From assembly GCA_000091205.1 (NCBI GenBank), contig AP006502.2: 64,000 nt of DNA; one strand, 5' to 3'. The notes beneath the pieces are model-generated. The model saw only the letters and a program-made list of their open reading frames with translations. It was not told where the DNA came from and did not search any database. Source of the DNA: Cyanidioschyzon merolae (taxonomy: Eukaryota). Numbering within the stretch: position 1 is the stretch's first letter; every line of letters starts with the position of its first letter. This document shows positions 1 to 10,632 of the stretch, in pieces. Both the position numbers and the translations under genes were made by a program.

Positions 1-392
1 ATTCGTGCACGTTTCGATGTTTCAAGGTCGCGACACTGGAGGCAACCCGAGAAGACTACGGCCAGTCAGCCACATACTTGGGCGGGATTGGAGAAGAATT
101 CAAGCTCGATCGCTTTTTCACGTTCCCCAAAGAGAAACCTGTGCGTGTGGACCGCAACACCGCTGAGATCATCCGCCACAGTCGCCTTCATCAGTGGTTC
201 TCTGTGAGCGCAGAGCAACAGCACATGGGATTGTTCAAAGCAAACGATTCTTACGCGTTGTTGCACGCACCACTGAGTATGCAGGTTGAGCAGCTTGTCT
301 GTGAAGTGAAGAAAGGATCCACCGATACCTGCTCGGAACAAGCCTCTGCAAATGGTGCCTCTTGCTGTGCGACAGGGCGACGATGCTGCTGA
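1..392 (+). CDS. 3' end of a gene that starts upstream of the window; hypothetical protein, partial
   Basis: Frame 3 is open from base 3 to the TGA at 390-392 (...[59 protein letters not shown]...). No family recognised. Confidence 0.3.
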   Translation, partial: SCTFRCFKVATLEATREDYGQSATYLGGIGEEFKLDRFFTFPKEKPVRVDRNTAEIIRHSRLHQWFSVSAEQQHMGLFKANDSYALLHAPLSMQVEQLVCEVKKGSTDTCSEQASANGASCCATGRRCC

Positions 393-766
393 CCAGCGCA
401 CAAACCGATCGCGATGTCACCGGGCAGGTAATGCCAAAACACCTCACATGTCGTAGTTTACGGAAAGGAAAATTCTCCAGCGATGCATCGAGATGAAGAC
501 TCGGCATCGCAGCGGTAGCTCTGAAGCCAAACTTGTAAACGCTGACTTGCAGCACGCTGAACATATTGCAAATTTGGTGCCATGGACACCACCGTATGAA
601 TACTTAAGGATGCGGTTTCGGCCCCACAGCGCACAAAGCTCACAAAGACGTCACCCCATATAACCACCAGCACAGATCGCAATCGATCCCGATCGCGTAT
701 CGACTTGTGCGTTGAGGGAACACGAGCGAGCGCGTAGACGGTAGTGCACCCGCGGAAGCTGCGCGA

Positions 767-3700
767 TTGGCCCCGCGCAGCTGGATCGCCAGCGGCGGCT
801 GGCCGGCGCGCCGAGCCCTCCACTCCAGCGGCCTGCGAGATACTGGATGCTGCCGGAGCGACTACCCTGTCTGTAAAAGTGCGCTGCGTACCAGCGCTCG
901 CAACAAAGCAAGCGTTTGTGCACAGTCTCGCACGAGGGTGCTCATGCGTTTGTACACCCACGGGATGAAGGGTCAGCTTTATAGGTGCGAATCCGTGGAA
1001 CGAGAACACGCAGGCAAATGGAAGGCTGGGTGGCAACAGCTTCCGGGGCTTCTCGGCTTCATCCAGAGTACAAGCCGCCCGCATTGTAGCTCCCGTTGGC
1101 GGCGTGGACTGAAAGATCCGCGAAGATCCATCCGCTATGTTGGAACCGTAAGCACTGTTCGGCGGAGGCTCTTGTTGAGTACCGGTGGGGGCTCAGGTTC
1201 CGACGAGCAGGATCCAGGCCCCGAACCCGAGCAGCATAAAAAGAACCCGCTCAGGCAAGTTCTTGGCTATGCGGATACACGTGTTTTTAAGGATCCGTCG
1301 GGAAAGAAGATTGTGCACGGTGTTCGCGTACCCGAAACGGGCGAGTTCCTTCGTGTTCGCTATCCAGCACACGTGGAAATACCCGCGGTAGGCGAGCGAA
1401 TGTTGCTTCTCGGGCGCTTCTCTTCCGATGAGAACGGCACGGAGATTTTTGAGGTTCTCGACGTGCGGTTTGTATCTGACATGGAGGGCCCGTCGCGCCC
1501 CGTTTCGAATAACCGTCATGTTTGGGATTTTCGCCAAAACGGCCACGGCTTGCTTTCCCCGTACGCTCTGGTAGGAATGGAAAGGAACACGTCTGGCCCC
1601 GCCAGCAACGCCGACCAACAGAAAACCTCTAAGACACCTAACCCCGAAACAGCCAGCAATCCAGAAGGGCCTGCATCGAATCCTCCGGAGCGTCCTCGTG
1701 ACGAAAGCGAGCGCAAGTCCAGCGAGCCGTCAGCATCTCAGCCGTCCGACATCGCAGAACGTGTCAGCGCGCAAGCCGTTGAAGCAGAGCGTCCGTCGCA
1801 GAGCAGCCTCGTTCTGCATGGAGACACTGCAGGCAGCTCATCTGACACCAAAGCAAGCAATGTAGCAAGTAGCGAGCTCCCGCCAGCGCAAGAATCCCGG
1901 GAAGTCGAGCGTTCGACAATAGAGGGTACGATCAAGAGCATCCTCTACAGGAACGCGCAAAATGAATTCGTTGTATGCGTACTATCCACCGGTGAGAAAA
2001 TTATTGGATCTTGCGCAGAGGACGTGGACTTTCTCCTCAAACCGGGCGCACGCGTTCGCCTCCGAGGTGCATGGGTTACGCATCCAGTCTATGGCAAGCA
2101 GTTTCAAGCCGGAAAAATACGTGAGAGTGCGTTCATCGCCGAAAGCGAGCAAGACCAGGGACGTGTGTCGCTAGTGGCACTCAAATCGTATCTGGCATCC
2201 GGTGTTGTGAAAGGCGTGGGCGTTAAGATGGCCGAACGCATCATCAATCGCTTTGGTGAAAGCACACTCCACGTGCTGGACACTGACCCTGCCAACATGC
2301 TGACACAGGTCGAGGGAATCGGTCGCGTCCGAGCAGAGCAGATTGCGACTGCGTGGAGAGCCCAGGCGCCGTTGCGCGCCCTGATGCTCTTTCTGAGACC
2401 GTACGGCATCGGGCCTGCGATATGTAATCGCATTGCTCGTGCGTATGAGGGTGACCCCGATCCCATTGGCCGCATTCGACTGAACCCGTACCGACTTGTG
2501 GAGGACGTGCGTGGTGTCGGTTTCAGAACGGCGGACCAGATCGCTGCAGGCTTAGGTATAGATCCCGAGTCACCTGAACGGTACGCAGCTGGCCTCCTTA
2601 ACGTGCTTCAAACGGCAGAAAACCTTGAGGGCCATAGTTTTCTCCTGAAGAGCGATGCTTTTGACCGCGTACTCAGACTTCTTTTTGGAACCAACGCTGC
2701 TGCTTCCGATGATACGAACCTTGCGGAAAGGCAAGCGCGATTCTCACAAGCGGTTGAGGACCTGAAACGTCGTCAGGCGCTGGTTGTGAATAATATCGGT
2801 GGCGACGAGGAGCCTCACCTGCTGACACCGAGGATGGACAGAGCTGAGCGTGGGATCATAGAGCACTTGAGGCGGCTCTTCTTCCACTCGAGGAAGCCGA
2901 TCGACTCCAGCGAATCCGCACGGCGCGCAGTCGAAGGACACGTCAACCGCGAGCACATCCTTCGGTGGATTAACGTGAACTATCCGACGCTATCGGCGGC
3001 ACAGCGCGAAGCGGTCTGTGTTGCCGCCGAGCAGCCTATCATGATTCTCTCAGGTGGACCTGGTGTCGGCAAAACGCATACCGCTACGGCCATTGTGCAC
3101 ATGTGGCGTACGCTGCTCGGAATTGAGAACGTCCAGCTGACTGCCCCCACGGGCCGAGCTGCGAACCGCCTGGGCACTGCGGCCAATGTTTGGGGTAACG
3201 CGCGCTGTGCCACCATTCATCGGTGCCTTGAATGCGATAGGCAAGGGAGGTTTCTTCGAAACGAACACAATCAGCTCAATACGAAGGCAGTGATTGTCGA
3301 TGAATGCTCCATGATGGATGCCCTGCTGGCACATGCGCTCCTCCAGGCGATTCCGAACGGAGCACGCCTGGTCCTCATCGGTGACGCAGACCAGCTGCCA
3401 AGTGTAGGTCCAGGCCGTGTCTTTGCGGATCTTTGCGAAAGTAATGCGTTTCCCACGATATACCTTCAGGAAATCTTTCGACAGGCCCTCAAATCGATGA
3501 TTGTTCGTGTTGCGCACGAAGCCCGGAACGGCCGCTACCTCTCGATGCCCCGAGCAAAGACTCCCGCAGAGGCGCTAGAGCTTGGGCGGAAAACCGACCT
3601 GGTCTTTCTGGAAGCAGCTGATCCAGTGATAGGTCTGCAGTTCCTACTCGAGCTGTGCTGTGGTCGAGATAACGAGCCAGAGGGCGAACGCAAGCCCGTG

Positions 3701-4309
3701 CTCCCCTTTGACCCGCTCAAGGAGATCCAGGTCCTGTCGCCCGGACACCGTGGCGTCATAGGCGTGCGTAACCTGAACCTTGAACTGCAGAAACGCCTGA
3801 ATCCCACTCGACTGCCGCTCTCAAAGCAAGCACGGACGTCGGAAGTGTTTCTCCGCATCGGTGATCGGGTCGTGCAAAATATGAACAACTACGACAAGGG
3901 CGTTTTTAACGGAGAGGTCGGCACTGTGATGCACGTCCCCGACCTCGACGCGATCGACAGCGACAACGATCAGAGTAGCCAGCTTCTGGTGGAATTTCAG
4001 AACCACGACGACTGGGTCGCCTACGACTATCCCATGGAAGCCGCCGATCAGCTGCAGCTCGCCTGGGCCATGTCCGTGCATAAGGCCCAAGGCGGCGGCT
4101 ACCCGTGCGTTGTGATACCCATCTTTATGACACATTCGGCCCTGTTGACTCGGAACCTCTTCTACACGGCTATCACGCGAGCTCAAGAGTTATGTGTGGT
4201 TATCGGGAACCTGACGGCCATTCGGATGGCAATTCGTAATGAAATCACTACAAAGCGCAACACGAGCCTCCTGCAACGCCTTGATGAACTGGAACTCGAC
4301 GCGAAATAG
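767..4309 (+). CDS. RecD2-like SF1 DNA helicase with HhH motifs, long S/P/E-rich N-terminal extension
   Basis: 1180-aa uninterrupted ORF. Walker A 'SGGPGVGKTHTATAI'. RecD-type motifs 'LTAPTGRAANRL', 'VIVDECSMMDALLAHALL', 'LVLIGDADQLPSVGPGRVF'. Helix-hairpin-helix 'GVVKGVGVKMAERIINRFG' and 'VEGIGRVRAEQIA'. C-terminal 'FYTAITRAQELCVVIG'. The true start may be an internal Met; the first ~400 aa are low complexity. Confidence 0.8.
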   Translation: MAPRSWIASGGWPARRALHSSGLRDTGCCRSDYPVCKSALRTSARNKASVCAQSRTRVLMRLYTHGMKGQLYRCESVEREHAGKWKAGWQQLPGLLGFIQSTSRPHCSSRWRRGLKDPRRSIRYVGTVSTVRRRLLLSTGGGSGSDEQDPGPEPEQHKKNPLRQVLGYADTRVFKDPSGKKIVHGVRVPETGEFLRVRYPAHVEIPAVGERMLLLGRFSSDENGTEIFEVLDVRFVSDMEGPSRPVSNNRHVWDFRQNGHGLLSPYALVGMERNTSGPASNADQQKTSKTPNPETASNPEGPASNPPERPRDESERKSSEPSASQPSDIAERVSAQAVEAERPSQSSLVLHGDTAGSSSDTKASNVASSELPPAQESREVERSTIEGTIKSILYRNAQNEFVVCVLSTGEKIIGSCAEDVDFLLKPGARVRLRGAWVTHPVYGKQFQAGKIRESAFIAESEQDQGRVSLVALKSYLASGVVKGVGVKMAERIINRFGESTLHVLDTDPANMLTQVEGIGRVRAEQIATAWRAQAPLRALMLFLRPYGIGPAICNRIARAYEGDPDPIGRIRLNPYRLVEDVRGVGFRTADQIAAGLGIDPESPERYAAGLLNVLQTAENLEGHSFLLKSDAFDRVLRLLFGTNAAASDDTNLAERQARFSQAVEDLKRRQALVVNNIGGDEEPHLLTPRMDRAERGIIEHLRRLFFHSRKPIDSSESARRAVEGHVNREHILRWINVNYPTLSAAQREAVCVAAEQPIMILSGGPGVGKTHTATAIVHMWRTLLGIENVQLTAPTGRAANRLGTAANVWGNARCATIHRCLECDRQGRFLRNEHNQLNTKAVIVDECSMMDALLAHALLQAIPNGARLVLIGDADQLPSVGPGRVFADLCESNAFPTIYLQEIFRQALKSMIVRVAHEARNGRYLSMPRAKTPAEALELGRKTDLVFLEAADPVIGLQFLLELCCGRDNEPEGERKPVLPFDPLKEIQVLSPGHRGVIGVRNLNLELQKRLNPTRLPLSKQARTSEVFLRIGDRVVQNMNNYDKGVFNGEVGTVMHVPDLDAIDSDNDQSSQLLVEFQNHDDWVAYDYPMEAADQLQLAWAMSVHKAQGGGYPCVVIPIFMTHSALLTRNLFYTAITRAQELCVVIGNLTAIRMAIRNEITTKRNTSLLQRLDELELDAK

Positions 4310-4751
4310 ACCACACAGCGAAGATCTCCGATTTAAAAGATAAAATCCTTGATGAGCTTGATCACGAGTCCAAGAGCGGTTTCTATGACGTCGATGGCAT
4401 ACCGGCAGGCTGGGAGCACACAGCGGTCCCGTTGATGCACGAACACCACAGGCGCCGCGGAACGTCTCGCCGCACAACGTCGAGCGCGCGTTCTACCGGC
4501 AACATGAAACACCTGACGAACGTCAAAGGAAATCATGCGCTGGTGCTGCGGCTCGGCAGCTGGATCTGTACCAGTGGTGGTGCCGCGTAGCACGCCGTAC
4601 GCGGTCCACGACTGGTGGCGAGCGTGCGGAAGCGAGCGAGCGTTAAACCGCCCAAAGGACTGCGTCTGCGTAACGCCTCCAGGGGCACTAGACCTCACGC
4701 CCACAATTACCAAGTTTCAGCAGTCCCGTTTATGAAAGTCAGCGCGTACCC

Positions 4752-5558
4752 CTAGAACCGCTTCTTCTTCTTGGGTTTGTCCATGGACCAGGGTTGCAGA
4801 CCTATCTTGGGGTAGTGGTCCTCGGCGCGACTAAAAATGCGCAAAACCGCCCGCACAACGTCGTCCAAACGTGCCTCTTTTCCCGTTACAGGTATGGTCA
4901 CTTTCTCCGCAACCTCGTTACCGGGGAGGTTTTTAGAGGCCTCGCTCAGTGCCTGCAGGTTCGTGATGACGTCGTTGAGCTCCTTGACATCCTTCATCAA
5001 CTCGTCCCGGATCAACCGCGTGCGCTCCAGAAGCGCGTCGAGATCCTCGATAGAGCACCCACTCTCTAGGCAAATCTGCGCCTGCTTCCGAACGGTCAAA
5101 CGCTCCTGATCGTCGACAGACATGCGCAGTGCAGCGGAGGCGAGTGTGAATCGGGACGACGTTCCACGGCGCGTGAGCTGCGACAGCGCACAAGTTGTAG
5201 CGTTCACCCTCGGGCGCACGAACGTCAGTCCTGTACTAGGAGTCAGTTGGAAGCACAACATAGTTCCCAGCAGCGGAGCCACAACGACAGCGTTATACGA
5301 AGCGCCTGCTCTGACGACGTCGACGATCATGTACGAGATCCGAGGGCGTCGTCTCGGGGCGAGAGGCGACGCGAGTCGCGCGCACACCACCGCCGCCGCG
5401 GCGCTGCAGCGGCAGGCAGCACAGCGCGCTCCGTATCTGCGTGCCGCTGCGGCGCTGCGATGCCGCTGCAGGCACCACCAGCGTGTGCCAGGCGGATCAG
5501 CAGCGGCGCCCTGCGCAACGTGTCTTCCATATGGTGCGTTCGCCCGGGTACGATCCAT
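4752..5558 (-). CDS. hypothetical protein; probable real start at an internal Met, C-terminal basic tail KPKKKKRF
   Basis: Long ORF on the minus strand. The C-terminal ~120 aa (MSVDDQERLTVRKQAQICLESG...KIGLQPWSMDKPKKKKRF) look protein-like. No family recognised. Confidence 0.3.
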   Translation of the reverse strand: MDRTRANAPYGRHVAQGAAADPPGTRWWCLQRHRSAAAARRYGARCAACRCSAAAAVVCARLASPLAPRRRPRISYMIVDVVRAGASYNAVVVAPLLGTMLCFQLTPSTGLTFVRPRVNATTCALSQLTRRGTSSRFTLASAALRMSVDDQERLTVRKQAQICLESGCSIEDLDALLERTRLIRDELMKDVKELNDVITNLQALSEASKNLPGNEVAEKVTIPVTGKEARLDDVVRAVLRIFSRAEDHYPKIGLQPWSMDKPKKKKRF

Positions 5559-6534
5559 GCGTCTAGCGAGTATCCCTTGTACTCAGATTTTCTGGATGTT
5601 GTCAGCGATGAGAGACGCTTTTCTTATTTAGATAGTTCTACGTTCCGCAAGGCACGGATCTGTGGTCTCGTCGGAACTGGGGAAAACGCTGTGTTCAAGC
5701 AGATAGATCGTGTGTCGGTCTTCTGTTAGCCTCTCGTTGGGCATGTGATCGAATCCTGATCGCGCGCGCGCGCGTGCTTAACAGGTAGGCCCAAACCTGT
5801 GGAGATGCGTTGACCGGTGACCGACACAGGCTTGTGTTCAGCTGCTGGACGATGTGGCAGCATGGGCGCTCTTTCGACTGGGAAAAGAGGGATGCGTGTC
5901 GGAGGAACGCAGTCTCGTGTAGATACACCCGTTGCTTCTGGAGGCTGCAGTATAGTCCAGCGCCGCGTGCTGGTCGTTTTCGTGGACGGGGCTGTACGGG
6001 GCTCGGAAATTGTCCACCAGTCGCTGTGTTTGTGCGATCGTGCGCATTTGCTAGGGAAGGAAGCGGATCATCGGGGGCACGGGCCGTGTCGATCGCGAGT
6101 CGATTTCAGGACATGCGAACACCCGCCCAGAACTTTCATGAATAAACCAGTCTTCATGTGCGAGCTCGGAGCGTCTAGCAGACACCCGGCCTCTATTCAG
6201 ATCGGGGCACGAGCCGTGTCGAAGTGATGCAGGGCTGCAGTCTCGTTCCGCTGACCCGCACCACGACCCGCGAGCAGCATCCATCACGGGAGCGCTTCTC
6301 AAGCCGACGCCTCCAGAGGTACGGCAGGCACTCGTCGCTCAATAGAACGTACGAAACGACCGATCCGTCTGAGAAGAAGTATGGGGAATGGAACTTGGGT
6401 GCATCGCAATGGGGGCGTTTTCGGAATGCCAGCAGCCATTCCTGCGATCTGCGAGACGCGAGCGCAATGATCTCGCAGCGCGCAGCGCATTGGGCGAGCG
6501 CTGCAGTTCGTGAATCCGAGTCGCTCGAAGCGTC

Positions 6535-7509
6535 TTGGGCGAAGCACTTGCCACGGAACCTATGCGAGCGACTTTTAAGTCAACCGCCTTTCTGCAAGTC
6601 TACGGTGGTGGTACGACTCCCTGCAGTAATCGTCACAGGCTGAGGCGACAGACTTGGACTTTGGGCCGACGGCGATCTGGCTACAAGTGCGCCTCCGTTG
6701 CAGCGCTCTCGCTCACACAGCGGACTGAGTACTCTCGGAGAGAACTTCTTCGAGCTTTTTCATTGTTGCCGGCAACCGCTGTCTTTGCCTATACGGCAGC
6801 GATGACCGTGCAGCAGGCAGCTGCAGCTGTCGCGCCGTCGACGACTGGTGCACCGGCAACCGCACCCAAGACGGGTGCTGAGATACCAGTCGCACCGTTG
6901 CCGTATCCATATAATGCCCTTGAGCCGGTCATTGACGCCAAGACGATGCGTCTGCACCATGATAAGCATTTTGCGGGATACGTGAGCAAGACGAATGCGG
7001 CGCTCAACGAGGAGCAGCGGAGGACGTTTCCGGCGATCCTGAGCCGGCTCTCGACGATATCGGATCGGGCGTTGCGCGAGACTGTGCGGAACCAGGGTGG
7101 CGGCGCCATAAACCACCGTATTTTCTTTCAGACCATGCGCGCACCGGTAGCGGATGCCCAGAAGAATGTTCCGGACGGTGCCCTTGGTGATGCTATAGCG
7201 CGGCAGTTTGGATCGTTTGAAGCTTTCCAGAAGGAATTCAGCCGGGCCGCGAAATCGTTGTTTGGTTCCGGTTGGATTTGGCTGTTCGAGCTTGGCAACT
7301 CAACGCGCCGAGAGTTGCGGATTGGGACCTTTGCGAACCAGGACTCGCCGCTCATGCAGGGCAATTTGCCGCTGCTCGGTCTCGATGTCTGGGAGCACGC
7401 CTACTATTTACGCTACGGACCCGATCGAGGTGCTTACGTCGATGCCTGGTGGCGAGTCGTGAACTGGCCTGCTGTGGCCAGAATCTTCGAGTCCCGTCAG
7501 CTGCCGTAG
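6535..7509 (+). CDS. Fe/Mn-family superoxide dismutase (Fe-SOD-like) with ~120-aa N-terminal presequence
   Basis: Core 'LPYPYNALEPVIDAKTMRLHHDKHFAGYV' through 'DVWEHAYYLRYGPDRGAYVDAWWRVVNW' is the canonical Fe/Mn-SOD fold with the metal ligands His...His...Asp...His. Presequence is rich in R/S/T, followed by 'SRRELLRAFSLLPATAVFAYTAA'. Confidence 0.9.
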   Translation: MGEALATEPMRATFKSTAFLQVYGGGTTPCSNRHRLRRQTWTLGRRRSGYKCASVAALSLTQRTEYSRRELLRAFSLLPATAVFAYTAAMTVQQAAAAVAPSTTGAPATAPKTGAEIPVAPLPYPYNALEPVIDAKTMRLHHDKHFAGYVSKTNAALNEEQRRTFPAILSRLSTISDRALRETVRNQGGGAINHRIFFQTMRAPVADAQKNVPDGALGDAIARQFGSFEAFQKEFSRAAKSLFGSGWIWLFELGNSTRRELRIGTFANQDSPLMQGNLPLLGLDVWEHAYYLRYGPDRGAYVDAWWRVVNWPAVARIFESRQLP

Positions 7510-10500
7510 CGCGGCGACGAGTTGGCGCTCGAAGCGCGTGGGACTTTGATTGACTTGTTCACGAGGAAACGCTTACGGCTACACAGCGGGGCTAGCAATG
7601 AAAGACGCCCAGCGGTCAGCCGCGTAGGTGGTCGTCTTCGTGCAGCAGCTACGAAAGACGGCTTGCTGGTCGAGTGTGCCAAAGCGCACCGTGCAAGAAC
7701 GCCGGAACGACGAAGCAACTGCAGGGCGGCAAGATATAGCGTCCTGAGGTGCACCGGCGCTCGTCAAGCCGGTGCCAACGAGCGCAATCTTCAATAAGGC
7801 CCCCGTATAGCACCCGCGCAAACTTTCGCTAAGCGCTTCGAGAATATGAGAGATGTTTGGGCTTGCGCTGCTGCACAGCGGCTCGATGCGGAACGCGTTC
7901 TGTGCGCAACGAACATCGCCTCGCTGCACACGGAAAGAACAACGAATCCAAAAGATGTAGCGAACTGAACGTGATCCATGCGAATATTAACAAACTAAAA
8001 TGATGCTAGATGGATGACACAGCGCGCAGAGGCTGCATCGCCAGGGCCGTTGCGCGCTACGTATCCGGGTAGCGAGGTCCGGGGAAATCGAAACGATGTC
8101 TTCCGTCCCTGGAAGCGTACGGGGTATAACCCGCCGCTGGGGCGCGGCTTATACCCAGTTGGACATCAAAAGGGACGCGTCCGATGAGATAACTCGGGCG
8201 AACACGCGGACGCTTGGTTCACTTGCCACTTCTGATGAACACCAGCCTATGTAGGCATTTTCTGCTACTGCTTCCGATGGATCTCTCTGATTTCAGGTCT
8301 TAAATGCGCAGATCTGCCACATGCCTCCAGCTCTGTAGTCAACCGTCGAAGGGTACTGGCGGCGGCTTTGAGGTCCCGATTTCGCAGCTTCCGGCTCTTG
8401 GCGACGCATTTGATGCATAGACGGGCGTGCCGATCGACACTTTGCTCCGATTTATCAATTGCTTTGTATACAGCTTCAATGCACCTTTCGCAGCGTTCAC
8501 AGTGAGCTTTGGTCAGGTGTTTTCATATGTCCATGACGCTGCTTCTTCCTGCTCCGAGCGTTCGCAAGTCGTGCATGAACGCGTGCTTCTCTGCTCGATC
8601 TATGCCTTTGCCGGGCACAGAATGCTCCGCTCGGTACCGTTTGCAATTCGGCATTCGGTGATGTCGCCGAAGATCACGAGCTTCGTCTGGGCATTCCCGT
8701 CGGCGAGTATGCTGTTCGCTGCACGCTCGGGCGTGTGCCTCTTCACTCGATAACTCAAGATCCGCTACCTCGTACGCGCTTCGTTTTCCGCGCACGCTTC
8801 CCATAGGACATGACGATGAGCGTGACGGACTCTGAGGCACCTGAACCACTCGTGGGCATCGTGTCCATACGTTCCACCGGCGTACAACAATGCGGACAAG
8901 GCTTCTGGGGCTCCCTTCTGCTTCGCGCACTCATCGGGCCACTCTGTCATTCGTTTATCTCCGCAAACACGAAGATGAGAGGCGCGCGAATACACCTCAC
9001 CATTGTTGGGGCAAGTCGGACGACTGGAAACTCGTTGCTCAAACCCGTTGCCGATAACCGCAAGTGGTCGGATTACTCTTCGGATCTCACGCAAAAGCAA
9101 GCGTAGAGGTTCTCTCTCCCTTCAGTCAGGCTTGTGCAGATCACATTGAAAGAAAACCAGTTCGCGAGACAATGCATCCGTATTGCTCGTTGTTCCTCCG
9201 TAAATTTCCTGTTCTGAGCAGGGGCACGTCTGGCCTCAGACAGATCCTTAAGCCTGCGGGATCTTCGCAGTTGCTGACGATGGATACGCTTGCGCTGGTG
9301 GTCTCGGCGGAGGACACGACGTCTCCTCGTGGTCGTGGTACTGACCTCTCGTTGCTCCGTTTCTCCTTCCCATTCGTAATTTCCCTCGCCTTTTGCCGCC
9401 AATTGTTCTTACAGCGGTTCGTGAGCGCCTTCGAATGTACTAGCGAAAGGTGCATAGTTCGCTTCATACCGTCCTTGGTCTTCATTCGCTGCGCATCTTT
9501 TTCGACACGCATGCTCCCCGATGGACGCCTCTGTCCTGCCGTTGGACGGGCAAACCCGTCCACAACGAATGAAAAAACAGAAAGATCGAGAACATGAAGA
9601 ATTTGTATTTAAAGACCGCTAAAATGAATCAATGAAGAAGCGTCAAGGCTTGTACGCGTGCATTGAATAATGGAGTCGAATACGTTGCGAACCCGCGGTC
9701 GCGGGCCTCGTGTGTCATCTTGATGACGGTTGCGTAACGAATTCCAATCGAAGAGCGTGTAAAGAACTACTCGGAAAAGTCGCTCAAGACTCCAAAAATC
9801 GGCCTATGAACCTATAAGCGCTCGTCACCAAACTTGCAGTGTCGAGCCTCTGCACCTAGGAAAAGTTCGGAGAAGCATCGCAAAGCACGAACGTAGCGTC
9901 CAGTTCGGCGCCCGTATACCCAATTGGACACGACTCAGATCTGTCAGGTTTGATCCATGAAATCCAATCTTCAACGCTTTCTCACGGTACACGCCAAGGC
10001 GTCAAGCTGGTACCGCGGGCATCGCGCGCGGTAGCCCAGCGCCCTGCACCGCGGCACGCCAGCGAGGCGCTGGTGGCAGTGCGCTGCTGCCTACGTGAGG
10101 CGGCGGCTGCACCGCTGCACCCGTTGGGCTGCGCGATCGGCATTGCAGCGAGCGCCCATTATCGGTGCGGACGCGCGCGCGCGCACACGCATTCGCCAGG
10201 GTGCCACGAGCCGGTGTTACCGAGTACCGGTGCGGCGACTCGACGCTTGTACTGAAGCCTTCGTATAGGCGCGCGAAGTGAACCAGGCCGATTCAGCCCA
10301 TATATCGCGTAACCTTGGCCTCGGTCACTGCTTTTTTTCGGTCTCTAGGGGCAGTGGTGAGAGCGGAAATACGACGTTCGCGGGCTGCTCGCAAGCGTTC
10401 GAGCGTTTGCGCTGCGTGCCTCGCCCAGCAAAGCGCGCACACCAAGCCGTGAGCACCGCCCCTCGGAGGTGATCATTAGCACTGCGCTTCCAATTCTACG

Positions 10501-10632
10501 CAATTTGGTTTGAAAGCGTGCGAATTGAGGCGAAAAGAGCGACACTCGAGGTAACCAGTGACTTGTTATTCTAGGGACCGCGCGACGGAACCGACGCAAC
10601 TCTTGCAGCGAACTCGTGCCGAACGGCTTTAA

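Noticed and set aside
9660-9725. GC-rich hairpin-like segment (cgcggtcgcgggcctcg...) considered as a tRNA
   Set aside because: There is no canonical T-loop (GTTCRANYC) and no D-loop/anticodon arrangement at the right spacing on either strand.
8147-9932. Shared 16-nt motif 'tatacccaRttggaca' at ~8147 and ~9915
   Set aside because: It is 15 of 16 identical. The expected number of such matches by chance in a 64 kb window, both strands, is in the tens. There is no flanking similarity.
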